Part shown: piece after piece, positions 24,370 through 36,229 of the stretch
Numbering within the stretch: the stretch's first letter is position 1
How the letters are laid out: each line of letters starts with the position of its first letter
DNA from: Mobula birostris
Lineage: Eukaryota
NCBI RefSeq assembly: GCF_030028105.1
Contig: NC_092380.1
Location: 20,113,144-20,177,143, forward strand
Length of the DNA: 64,000 nt
Direction of reading: 5' to 3'
Made by a program: the position numbers and the translations under genes
Notes under the pieces: generated by a model
Database searches by the model: none
What the model saw: only the letters and a program-made list of their open reading frames with translations
Told to the model about the DNA's origin: nothing

Positions 24370-24735
24370 TGGGAAGAGAGGAGAGGGGAGAGATGAGAGA
24401 GAGGGGTAGCAGAGAGAGTGATTAGGGAGAGAAGGGGAAGAGAGGAGGAAGGGAGAAACGGGATGGATAAAGTCAGGGCACGAGAGGGAGCGAGGAACCA
24501 GAGCGGGAGTGAGTGGGAGTGGGGAGAGTGGGGGAGAGGGGCCGGGGGAGGGAAGGGGAGAGAGGAGGGAGAGAAGGGGAAGAGGAGGAGAGGGGAGAAA
24601 GGGAGAAACGGGATGGATAAAGTCAAGGCATGAGAGGGAGCAAGGAGCCAGAGGGGGAGTGTGGAAGTGGGGCGAATGGGGGAGAGGGGCAGGGAGGCAG
24701 GGGCCGAGGGAGACACAGAAGGTGGGATAAGGAGA
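24370..24735 (+). repeat. Polypurine tract with 150-bp tandem duplication
   Basis: gggagaaacgggatggataaagtca at 24451 and 24601; almost purely G/A. Confidence 0.85.
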
Positions 24736-25879
24736 GATGTGTATCTGGCCTTTGGTTTTGACTGTCCTCAAGTGTATCGCATTCACAATGCTACTTTTAA
24801 ATAGCGCTCCTCGTCTGGCTGTCAGCCAAGAGCCTATTGAATGCTGTTATTCAAAAACTGTTGAGTGAGTCAGAGAGCTTGCTTGAAAGCGAATGCCAAT
24901 TACTGATCCAAACAGGTTCCATATTGAAGATCACAATGAGTTACTGGAGGAGCTACCAACACGTCTTTTCAAGTCAATGTACAATTAGCAGGCTTCAGTA
25001 ATCACAGAGCAGGAGGGGGAGGTCTCCGTTTTGTATTCTGCAGCTAAAACGTACTCCTCTTGTGAACCTGGAATTATAGAGTCATTAAAACACTACAGCA
25101 CAGAAACAGGCCCTTCAGCCCCTCTACTCCGCGTCGAGTTGCACCCAGATTTACACTATTGAATCCGACTTCCACTTCAAATTATTGAAATAAAAAAAAT
25201 TTAGTAATCCCACTGTTTTGAAACTGGAAGGCAATTCAGAATTAATTCTGTAATGTAGTGAAAAGCTGAAACAGAAACCAGTCAGCGGAGTGGTGTGTAT
25301 GAAATCGATGGAAGGGTAGTTCCAATTTGAGCTCCTTATGTGCGTTGTTCGTCTTAAAACTCAGCCACGGACATATTAAAGCCATGGAAAGGGTGGCTTG
25401 GTTAGTCACCAGACATCATGTTTATCAGATCATTAGTGGACTGACCTCTGGAATGAGAATACATTCCCCCTTACTTCAAGAGCAGGGAATTTGAGAAGGA
25501 ACAGCAGCACAGCGTGAGCTGAGATGTTAAACTTGTAATCTCTTGACCTTAAGTAAAGATTAAGGAATTTTAGCCTTTCTTAAATCTGTTTCATTGGGAC
25601 TTGTGTGCATCTGGCCAGTCGTAACTCACTTACTGATGCCCTGTAAAAACAGACCAGCAGGAAAAGAAACCCATCCTACGACAGTGTCTGGTAGATTCAC
25701 CAGGGAAATGCTGGGAGGACATCAAAGACTTTTCTCCCCATAGCCAAGCTTACTTGAGAATCTATTTCTTTAAACTTTCATTCAACAGGCAATTTGGAAT
25801 AGGGAAATAAATGCCAGCCTCCCAACAAGGCCGACATCCAGTGAAGGAATATTGAAAGAATCATTGCTTATTTGTTCAT

Positions 25880-26420
25880 CTACAAGCAAGGCAACAGCTC
25901 GAGTTTCAAAGTGGACAAGACCAAAGAGATGATTGTGGACTCCAGGAAGGGGGAGGCTGACCATTCCTCCCTGTACGTCATACACGGCTCCTTTCTGGGA
26001 GTGCACACAACACGCGATCTCACCTGGACCCTCAACACCACCTCTTTAGTCGAAAAAGCACAGCAGCATCTCCACATCCTGAGGAGATTGAGACAAGAAC
26101 CCACCCCACCCCCACCAACTATCAGGCAGGAGACACCATAACATTAGGACAAGAACTGTTAGGATGGGAAAAAGCTTCTTCTCCCCAGGCCACAGGACTA
26201 CTGAATTCACTGCTACCAAGCAGGACTCTTCACCAATGAGGTGCTAGTAGAGTAATGCTGCTCAATTTTTAAACCTGAATTGCACATGCACCTTATTATT
26301 TGTGGTAATATTACTTTATATGTTATGTGTGTGTGAGATATATGTACTGTGTTGTTCACCTTGGTCCAGAGGCACATTGACTTGCTTGGCGGTAGATATG
26401 TGTACGGTTGAATGACGGTA
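25880..26420 (+). mobile_element. Rex1/Babar-like LINE fragment
   Basis: KVDKTKEMIVDSRK...FLGVHTTRDLTW. Confidence 0.75.
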
Positions 26421-26619
26421 AACTTGACATGCTGTAGTCTCTAAGTACTATTAAACCTTACCCCAACAACCATGTAATTTCCTGAGAGACAATTTACTTT
26501 AGTCCTATTTAAATGAATAAATAACACTACCTATAACATCTTTTCTGAAGCAAATCACCACAGACAGAGAGGAGGAAGGAAGAAGGGAGGCTGGTTCAGG
26601 GGTGGGGGGTGAGCCGTGC

Positions 26620-27272
26620 TGGGGCATTGCGAAGCGCAACATGTTTGAGCCGGGGTTGCAGATGGAGATGGTATCGCTGTCACAGTTAGAGTGAGCGATT
26701 TGGAGAGCAGTCGATGAGGGGAGAGTTTTGATGCCTGTCCACCCCTAACCCAGGTGCGAGGTTGGATCACCCCAAGCGCCGAGCGATTCGGGCTTCGGGC
26801 TTTGCAGTCTGGGTGTGTTGCTACAGGTCCTAGAGCGAGGCACTTCTCAGAGCCTGAACAATTTAAACATCAGCACAGGTAGACTGGAAGCCCGAGTGTC
26901 AGGTACAGAGGCGAGGGTGGGGCTGATTTCGCGTCGTCTCCCAAGAATGTTCATTCCCTTTTCCGCAGCGTCAAGGCTGCGAACTGATCTGGTTGCTGTG
27001 CATTTTTGCCCCGCTGCTATGATGAATTTGGACCTACTCCAGCTGCTCCTGATGGTTCAGTCTGGTTCAGAATGCCGTTGGCTTGCTTCTGTAGTTTGCA
27101 TCATCTGTGTTTTTTTTCTCTCTCTCTCTTTCTCTGCACAGTGGCTTTCTGGTCTTTTTTTAAATTCGGTTATTCGGGTTTCTTGCTTTGTGGCTGCCTG
27201 CAAGCAGACAAATTTCAAGGTGTATAATTTATACTTTCTTTGATAATAAATGTGCTTTGAACCTTTGAACAT
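26620..27272 (+). mobile_element. Non-autonomous element with Rex-like 3' end
   Basis: Ends tttgataataaatgtgctttgaacctttgaa, like the host element at 49580-51350. Confidence 0.55.
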
Positions 27273-28480
27273 TTGAAGGAATATAAGAGAAGTTCCTAAC
27301 ACTGGAAGATGAATAAATTCCAGGAGATCACAAAATCTAGGAGGTACATGGAGAGAAAAGATTTAATGTGATTATGGTCCAAATGGAGGCTGTGAGATTC
27401 AGTTATATAGGCTACTTGGTCAAAATGGATGAGTCAGGCTGAATGAACTATTTCTGTGCTGTCTGCTTCTATGAATCTACACTGTCTTTCATAGCCTTTG
27501 GCTGGTCCTATACATTACCTCATCTTAGTAACATAACAAACCATCAGCCTGAAATTCTTGAGTCCACAAATATCTGAAATCCAAGCTTTGTAAAACAAAT
27601 GGCTCTTCAAGAAAGTGTTAATAAACGCACTTCCACAGGTACAACAATCTTTTGAGGGAAAAAAAAGCACATAACTTTCATTAATTTACTTACATGTAAA
27701 AGCAGAGAAATTGAACATGTAGAAACACAGAATCTGTGAACAGGCCAAAATGCAATTAGCTTCCAAGCTGGGTGGGGTGAGAAAGTTAGTCCATGGTGAG
27801 TGTGGCATAATTAAACACTAGAACCAAGAAAACCAGTGGACCTTTTACAAACTAAGTGAGGACATTGATAGAGTCTGAGGATTGAGGAATAACATAGGAG
27901 AGGTATTTGCACAGGCTTTGCACTGATTTGGAAGGCATGACTGAGAGCTACCAGCAGAACATACCACTGTCTCTGGGGTACTTTCAGAGGCCAAGGACAT
28001 TCAGGCATTCTTGCCCATGGTTAAGTATGCAATTTTGTGCTTAATAAATTCTTGATCTTTTATACAAAGCACTGGTCACCGCTCTGTTTTTTTCTTGTCC
28101 ATGAACCGTCCCGGTCTGCAACCGGGATCTATCTATAATCACCTACTGCTGGGTCCAAACAAACTTGCACTGGAGACCCTCCCTGTACACTGCGCCATTA
28201 GAAGAGCAACCGCCAACTACAACATAGGAAGTGACACGCCCATTTCAAACACAATTCTGCTGAAGGGTCTTGACCCAAAGCATCGATTGTCCACTTCACT
28301 ACACAGATGCTGCCTGGCACACCGAGTTCCTCCTGCTCCTTTGTGTGTTTACCCCATTTCTTAAGCAAGCTCCGTTTTCCATAATATACGGCAAACCCTT
28401 TCAATTTGGCTTTCCCTTCCAATTTGTCACTACCCTTGCTCTGATCAAGAAAAGTTTAAAAACAAGAAGCAAATCTTTAC

Positions 28481-28825
28481 CTGCTATTTGCAATGTAACT
28501 GTAACTTTTAGTACCACGTCGTAATTCAAAGACGGCGTTTTCAACTGAATGAGGCAGATGTACTTGGCTTCGTCACTCACTTGGAGGTCAGTCAGAAGGA
28601 GGGAGAAGTTACCTTGTTTAAACTCTGTGGAAAATAGCTTTGCTCTGTGGCTGTAGTTCTGGTCGGGATGTTCCTGACCTGAGTAAAAGGCATAAATGCA
28701 CTGGGACGCCACTTGCCAGTAAACACGTATCTCATTATTGACTTTTTTTCCCAACTCGGTGTTCATGCAAGGCAGAAGAGAACTTTCTCCGACAATTCCT
28801 GTCACGGTAAGGGGAGTCAATGATT
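28481..28825 (-). CDS. IgV exon (E)SLTPLTVTGIVGESSLLPC...RVYWQ...RAKLF...GNFSLLL...DEAKYIC...VTLQIA
   Basis: Acceptor ttgttattttctcccag|AA and donor GCAG|GTAAAG; 345 nt, phase 1-1. V-set Cys, Trp and D-x-x-x-Y-x-C motifs, with B7-type YWQ and GNFSL. Confidence 0.95.
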
Positions 28826-28909
28826 CTGGGAGAAAATAACAAAAAATATGTGTAAGTGTGGTTTGCTGATTCTGAAGTATGTTAACCATTAAGGGTAACG
28901 AACTTCTGG

Positions 28910-29520
28910 AGAAGAAAGTTCAAAGTAAATTTTATCATTAGGAGTACATACTGTATATATCACATACAGTATACATCCTCAGATTCTTTTTCCTGCGGGC
29001 ATATCCAGTAAATCTATAGAACAGTAACTCTAAACAGAACCAATGAAAGATCAGGTAGAGCATCGAAAAGAAAACAAATGAAAATATAAATGAATAGCAA
29101 TAAATAATGAGAACATGAAATAACAAGATAAAGAGTCCTTAAAGTGAGATCATTCATTGTGGGAATATTTCAATGGACGGGCAAGTGAGTATAGTTTTCC
29201 TCTTTCATTCAAGAGCCTGATGGGTGAGGAGTAGTAACTGTTCTTGAACCTGGTGGTCCGAGTCCTGAGGCTCTTGTACCTTCTACCTGATGACAGCAGC
29301 AAGAAAAGAGCATGGCCTGGGCGCTAAAGATCCTTAATGCTGGATGCTATTATCCTGCAGCAGCGTTTCACGTAGATGTGCCCAAAGGTTAGGAGATGTA
29401 CTGGGCTGAATCCACTACCTTTTATAGGATTTTCTGTTCGAAGGCATTGGTGTTCCCATACCAGGCTGTGATGCAGCCAGGCAATACACTCTCCACTACA
29501 CATATGTCAAAGCTTGTCGG
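28910..29520 (-). mobile_element. Rex1/Babar-like 3' fragment
   Basis: Same 3' UTR (aaagttcaaagtaaatttt...) and C-terminal coding remnant as the 20060 copy. Confidence 0.75.
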
Positions 29521-30032
29521 GAGATGCATTCATGGAACAGATAGACTCGTGCTTGGTGAAATCTGTGACCACACCAGATGCAAATGGAGGGACTATCCAC
29601 CAGCTGAGAAACTAAGTCTCCGGAACAGACAAAGTTCCTGCTGAGTGACTATAAAATGGGAGTGAACGTGATAACAACTTGTCTCCCACATCTGAGAAGG
29701 GGACCAACATGGCAGATGACCTCAAAGATACGATAATAGTATCATCTTTAAGAAAGATGATGTTCCTTTGGTCAGAATTACACAGGGGTCATCCTGCTAC
29801 CTGACACTGGGAGTGTCATTGCAAAACACCCCCCACCTCCATTCACCTCAAAGAATTCCTTCCAGGTTCAGAATGTTGATCCCTTCTATCAACAGCTCCA
29901 AACGACATGATCTTTATCATGCAACAAATCCAAGAAAAAATTAGAGAAGCAAACTAACCACCGTACATGGTTGTTTTTGAGCCTAGGTAACCTTCAGAAG
30001 TTTGATCTAGTGCTTTCCTGGCATATACGACA

Positions 30033-30181
30033 AATAAACTCTTCTCGGGCTTCTAGCCGGGTACAGGTAATGATCGTAACCAAAGTTTCGATGATCCCTG
30101 AAGAAGATGGCAGAGTTTGTCATCGAAATGCCGGTTATAATCGATATCTGTACCGGGCTGGAGGCCTGAGAAGAGTTTATT
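30033..30181. repeat. 149-bp fold-back of a Penelope-type terminus
   Basis: ~63-bp imperfect inverted arms starting aataaactcttctc and ending gagaagagtttatt. Confidence 0.85.
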
Positions 30182-30260
30182 CTTCTGAAATTTGTCGCCA
30201 TTCTGCATCTGTGACGCTAAGGCATGCAAACTGTGATCTTACACAACTGTTCAAATTACA

Positions 30261-30364
30261 GAGAAACTCAGCAAGTCAGGCAGCATCTATAGAGGGGAGT
30301 AAACATTTGATACTTCAAGCCAAGGTTCCTCTTCATAGATGCTGCCTGACTTGCTGAGTTTCTC
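30261..30364. repeat. Perfect 30-bp inverted repeat from the Penelope terminal family
   Basis: gagaaactcagcaagtcaggcagcatctat (30261-30290) and its reverse complement (30335-30364). Confidence 0.9.
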
Positions 30365-31099
30365 CAGCATTTTGTGCGTGTTGCTCCAATTCCAGTACAG
30401 ATTGGGGTCAAGAACAAAACCTCCTCTTGCTGTAATGCTGTATCGCAATCCTTACAACCTTCAGCTAGAGAGGTGCTGACCCAGAGGGAATGAGAAAATG
30501 TTCAACCTTCATCATCTTTACTCCAGAACCAAGATCACCTTAACACTTCTCAATGAGTTAAGAGTGTGAAAACCATATTTGTGTATTTGCGCATTCAGAG
30601 GCCAAGATCCAAGCCATTGCTGATGACTCCACTCAAGTATAAGAGAGAATCAGCCTAACACAGAAACCTAAAAGACCCAGATCTTCTACTAACCCTCTCT
30701 CCCACACATCACACCAACAATCAAGAACCTTAACTGCACCCTAGAAATTTGAATCATTTTCCATTTCTCAGGAGCTACTTCTAAGCAGACATCAATGACA
30801 AAATTCACTATTTCCCCCTGTTTGCTTGCATAGTCTTCAGCCAGCTGAGGAAAAACCTGGTCTACTGGCCAGTAGTGGACACTGCCCTCATACACACTGC
30901 AGAGATGCAGATAACATGGAAGAGGAACTTCAAAGCATTGAAGATGGACAAATGTTGCCACTGCAAGATCCCTAAAAATCCCTTTGCAGAATGCATGGAC
31001 CAATAAGCAAACATCCTCTCCCAGGACAATACGCCCAGAGATGTGGCACACTCATGCTTAAGGGTTGGCCTCCCCAGGGCTAAGATGAAATCTATCCAA

Positions 31100-32410
31100 G
31101 GATGATCTAGGAAGGAGATAGCTGAGAACATGACGGAAGTGTGCACTTCTTCATTAGCCACAGGAGATTGGAGGACAGATAATGTTGCTCCTTTATTTAG
31201 GAAAGACAGCAGAGATAAACCAGGTTGATTAGCTTTACATCAGTGGTGGAGAGAATTCTAAGGAATAGGAATTATGTACATTTGAAAAGGCAGGGGCTAC
31301 TCAGAGAGAGTCAGCATGGCTTTGTGCATCACTAATTTGATTATTTTCCGGAGGAAAGCAGTAGATGTTGCCCATATGAACTTCAGTAAAGCATTTGACA
31401 AGATCCCACATCTTGGCTGGTCCAAAAGATTAAGGTCAAAATGGATTAACTAACTGGATCCAAAATTGGTTTGATGATAGGAGGCAGAGGACTGTTGCGG
31501 AAGGATACATTTTTGACTGGAAGTCTGTGACTAGTGGTAAACCACAGAGATCAGTGCTGGGACTTTTGTTGTTTGTGATTATGCAATAACAACTCGGATG
31601 TGAGGTATGACTGGTAATTTTGTGGATGACAAAACAATTGGTGAAGGAGGTTATCCAAGGCTACAGAAGGATAGAGATTAGATGGAGCAGTGGTGGATGG
31701 AAATGAAGACCAACAAGCACATTATCATACATTTTGAGAAGTCATTTTGGGCAGCGTATACACAGTAAGTGGTAAAGTGCTTGGGCACTATAGAATGCTT
31801 ATGACCTTGGGGTCCAAGTCCAAAGTTTCTGGAAAGTGGCAACACAGGTAGATAGGGTGGTGAAAATCGTGTAGGCTACAAGAGTTGGGACAGTGTTTTG
31901 TAACTTTCAAAAACACTGATTCGACTGCACTACTAGCATTGTGTGCAGTTCCGGTCACTACACAAGACAAAATGCTGGAGAGAGTGGGGATGGGATTCAC
32001 CAGAATGTTGCCTAGATTGTAGGAGTTTACTTGTGGGGAGAGATTGAATAGCCTGAGCTGGTTTCTCCAGGAATGAAGGGAGCTGTGGGGTGAGCTGATA
32101 GAATTATATATAGTTATGAAAGACATAGACAATCAGAATCTCTCTTCTAAGGTAGTGGTTAATACCAAAATCAAGAGATTATGGTGTAAGATGAGAGGGG
32201 AAAGTTTCGTTTTACTTCTGAAATGTGCTGCTTAGAAGAGATGCTGGAATCAGAAGCAACCTGAATTTTTGACAGGCATCTGAATACAAAAAGACACAGA
32301 TGTATTCAGACCTAATGCAGGCAGACGGGATTGGTGTAGATGAGAATGCATAGCATGATGGGCCAAAGGGCTCATTTCCTCTGTACTGTCATTTTCTGTC
32401 ATTCCTATGA
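31100..32410 (+). mobile_element. Degraded CR1 LINE fragment
   Basis: Nucleotide similarity to the 8450-11320 copy (gagtcagcatggctttgtg, cttcagtaaagcatttgacaag) with many indels. Confidence 0.8.
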
Positions 32411-32649
32411 CTGAACCAGCTCTTGGTGGTTCTCATGCTGTCTGCATGCCTCTTGAAGCAAGCACTCTACTCCAAGTTCTGCCAACTCTAAAGCATTCAA
32501 GGCAAACTTCATGGCCTTCACAGTATCTCAGTGAAAATATGTGACTTCTTCACAGGAAGGCCCGGCATACAGTCACCTAAAGTGTAGAAGAAGCATCAGA
32601 AAAGGCACTGAGTAACTTGTGTCTCTAGACTGAGAATTTATAGAAGTTT

Positions 32650-32682
<33 letters not shown>

Positions 32683-32900
32683 GATACAGCACGAATAAGC
32701 CCTTCCAGATCTTTGAGCTGCCCAGTAATCCCCCGATTTAACCCTAGCCTAATCACAGGACAAATTACAATGCCTAATTAACCTACCAACGGGTATGTCT
32801 TTGGACTGTGGGAGGAAACCGGAGCACCCGGAGGAAACCCGCGCGGTCACGGGGAGAACGTGCAAACTCCTTACAGGCAGAGGCGGGAATTGAACCCAGG
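32650..32900 (-). mobile_element. HE1/V-SINE-like element with (attg)n tail
   Basis: tgggaggaaaccggagcacccggaggaaaccc; (ATTG)n at ~32654-32682. Confidence 0.85.
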
Positions 32901-33129
32901 CCACTTCCCCACAGAGCCGCAAGGACAGAACATCCTCAGCAACTCACCCTCCCTCCCTATCAAGTACAACCTGCCCCACCAGCTACGAAAGACAAGCGGC
33001 CTGCAATCTCCTCGGCCACAGAGGAACTTGGAGAATTCTGCTGTGAGCAAATCACCCTCACCCCAAGTATCTGCCTAACAGGAAGTGCATACCATTGCAG
33101 GGTTTGATAAAAGTGGCTTAATGTTTTCT

Positions 33130-33670
33130 GCAAACCAGAAAGCAACACACACAACATGCTGGAGGAACTCAGCAGGTCAGGCAGCATCTATGGAAGTGAA
33201 TGAACAATTGATGTTTCGGGTTGAGATCCTTCTTCAGGACTGGAAATCAAGGGGGAAGAAGCCAGAATAAAAAGGTAGGGGGAGAGGGGAGGGGAAGGAG
33301 GATAGCTTAAAGGTGATAGGTGAAGCCAGGTGGGTGGAAAAGGTAAAGGGCTGGAGAGGAAGGAATCTGATAGGAGAGGAGAGTGGATCATGGGAGAAAG
33401 GGAAGGAAGAGGGGACCCAGAGGAGGATGATAGGCAGGTAAGAAGAGGTAAAAGGCCAGAGTGGGGAATAGAAGAAGATAGGAGGGTGGGGGAGAGTAAC
33501 TTTTTTTTTAACGGAAGGAGAAATTGATATTCATGCCATCAGGTTGGAGGCTACCTAGATGGAACACAAGGTGTTACTGCTCCTGAAGGTGGCCTCATCG
33601 TGACACAAGAGGAGGTCATGGACCGACATGTCGGAACAGGAATGGGAATCAGAATTAAAATGTTTGGTAA
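33130..33670 (-). mobile_element. Penelope 3' fragment
   Basis: Matches 11450-11900 of the larger PLE copy. Confidence 0.85.
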
Positions 33671-33969
33671 AAGACCTGGTAAACTCTTTTCTTTTCCAGA
33701 TTCTGGTGAACATCCTTATGTCACCTGATCTGTGGAGCGAATACTAATAAATAGGACATTCTCCCACAGAAAACAGCTTCCAAATAATCTTCGGCCATTG
33801 AGCACAGTTCACAAGAACAGATAGACAGCTGGTTAATAGGAAGGGAAGCAGGATACAACTTGGGGTAGAGCTGGAAAGGATCTCTGAGCTCTATGGATAC
33901 TTTTTACATGGTTGCCTCTTTCAGGAGACAATAACATTTGAACATCGATTTCTCAAACTTCCAGTAATT

Positions 33970-34440
33970 GCCACCCTCTCTCCTCCACCATCCCCTGCTC
34001 CCACTTCCCTCTCTCACCTTACCTGCCTACCTGCCCAACACCTCCCTCTGGTGCTTCTCCCTCTTCCCTTTCTTCCATGGTGCTGTACCCTCTCCTATCA
34101 GATTCCCCCTTCTCCAGACCTTTATCTCATTCACCAATCAACTTCCCAGCTCTTTACTTCACCGCCTCCCCCACTCTTGGTTTCACTTCGTCACCTACCA
34201 CCTTGTACTTCTTCCTCCCCTCCCCCCACCTTCTTACTCTGTCTTCTTTCACCCTCTCCCCCTCTGCCAGCTTCACCTGTCACCTACAACCTTGTACTTC
34301 TCCTTCTTCCAGTCCTGATGAAGGGTCTCGGCCCAAAACATCAACTGTTTACTCTTTCCCATGAATGCTGCCCGGCCTGCTGAGTTCCTCCAGCATTTTG
34401 TGTGGGTCACTTTGGATCTCTAGCATCTGCAGACGTTGTC
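33970..34440 (+). mobile_element. Penelope terminal fragment
   Basis: Pyrimidine-rich body followed by cagtcCTGATGAAGGGTCTCGGCCCAAAAC and gctgagttcctccagcattttgtg. Confidence 0.85.
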
Positions 34441-35013
34441 ATGTTAACATTTGGATGGTGAAATTTTAAAAATGTAAAGGCCCATAATTAAAGAATTTAG
34501 GATGTCCAAACAGTTGTTCGCTTGAACAGCTGCATCCTCCATGCATAACTAGGCTACATACACCAACTCTGAGCCATGCAGACGGGTGAAGTAATATGTT
34601 TTGCCTCCTGGAGAACTGAGTCATTCTGATTCAAGAAAGTGGCCAAAGACATCATTTTCGGTGCCTCAAAATAATCCCAGAACAAAAAAACTCAGCCCAA
34701 AGTGCCCTTAGGGAGTTCTTAGGGAGGTCTTTGTTCTGTCTGCCCTGCTGTAACGACAGCTCAAAACGTGGGCAGATTAGCGTCGTCCTGTAGTGATCAG
34801 TTCCCACATGGTGATCCCTTTTGAGGGAGTTCTGAAACTCCAAGGAAAGGGAGAGATAATTCAGCTGGGATCGAGATCCTGCCCAGGTACATGTCCCACA
34901 CTCTGGTACTGGAACGGGTGTGCGGAAAAGATTGGTGTGCTGTACACGATAGGAGAATCATGCATAGAGGCAATCTGGTGTACCGTTATGAAGAACTGAA
35001 AATGCATTTTTAC

Positions 35014-35075
35014 CTGCTCTGCAACACAAAAGCAATATTCCCGATCCAAACAGCCCAAGTGTCAGCCGGGTCACC
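35014..35075 (-). CDS. Signal-peptide exon VTRLTLGLFGSGILLLCCRA
   Basis: Acceptor tttgctttgccttag|G and donor GCAG|GTAAAA; 62 nt, phase 2 in and phase 1 out, exactly what is needed to join a phase-2 first exon to IgV. Hydrophobic core ending in small residues. Missed by the ORF track. Confidence 0.85.
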
Positions 35076-35339
35076 CTAAGGCAAAGCAAATGAATTGATA
35101 TTTCAAAGGTGAATCCATTTATAAGTCACTGACAACACATCTATGACAAAAATTAAACATTCTTCTCAATGATTCAATGTAGAATCAGTTCTGGGGAGTC
35201 GAGGAGTGATGCAGCATTGAAGTAGGAACTTCAGCCTATCAGGTTTATGCTAACATCAACCACCTATCTACACGAATTCCATTTCCCCAGTACTTGGGAT
35301 GTAGCATTCAATGCCTTGCTGATCCAGGTGCTTATCATT

Positions 35340-35940
35340 AGATAATAGAGTCACGGAAAAGTACAGCACAGAAACAGGCCCTTTGGCCCATCTAGTCCAT
35401 GCCAAACCACTTAAACCACCTACTCCCATCGACCCACACCGGGACCAGAGATCTCCCGACCCCTATCACTCACATACCTATCCAAACCTCTCTTATACGT
35501 TGAAATCGAGCTCACGTGCGCCATTTGTGCTGGCAGCTTGTTCCACTCTCATGACCCTCTGAGTGAAGACGTTTCCCCTCATGATCCCCTTAAACTTTTC
35601 ACCTTTCACCCTTAACCCATGACTTCTAGTTGCAGCCCCATCCAGCCTCAGTGGGAAAAGCCTGCTTGCATTTACTCTATCAATACCACATAATTTTGTA
35701 TACTTCTATGAAATCTCTGCTCATTTTTCTACGTTCCAAGGAATGAAGTCCTCACCTATTCAATCCTTCAGGTCCTCCAGTCCCGCCAACATCCTTGGAA
35801 ATGTACTCTCTGTACTCTTTCAACCTTATTGACCATCTTCCCTGTCGGTAGGCAACCAAAACTGCACACAATACTCCAACTTAGGCCTCAGCAACGCCTT
35901 ATACAATGCCAACATAACAGACAAGTTCCTGTACTCTAGG
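35340..35940 (-). mobile_element. CR1 3' fragment
   Basis: ORF 35826-36011 (KLEYCVQFWLP) and the CR1 3' UTR. Confidence 0.85.
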
Positions 35941-36229
35941 TGCTTCTTCAATAAAAAATGAATAACTGAAGTAAGAAGGCAGATGGAATTGAAGTCCTCA
36001 TTTATGATCAATTATTTGTTACTCTCACGTTTCCTCATGTTTTGCATCCTGTGGGCTTTACAGTTTGCTGTGATCAAAGCTCCAAAGCACAAAAACTATA
36101 TGAATCAGAATCAGCTTTACCATCACTGTCTTACATGAGAAGGTTTGTCGTTTTACAAAGTCTTAAATTACTATAAACTATAAAATAAATAAATAGTGCA
36201 AAAATAAAAGGGATAATGAGAAACACAAG

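Larger units (their letters stand above)
29600..31100 (+). mobile_element. Old RTE LINE RT remnant, interrupted by PLE hairpins
   Basis: Translates to DMIFIMQQIQEKIREAN*PPYMVVF and KMFNLHHLYSRTKI, resembling RTE/BovB RT segments. Confidence 0.7.

Noticed and set aside
24202-24786. 194-aa Pro/Ser/Leu-rich ORF
   Set aside because: Artefact of the polypurine/polypyrimidine tract.
32577-32624. Hydrophobic candidate signal exon DTSYSVPFLMLLLHF
   Set aside because: Phase 2-2 would frameshift IgV, and in phase 1 it contains a stop. The 35014-35075 exon fits exactly.
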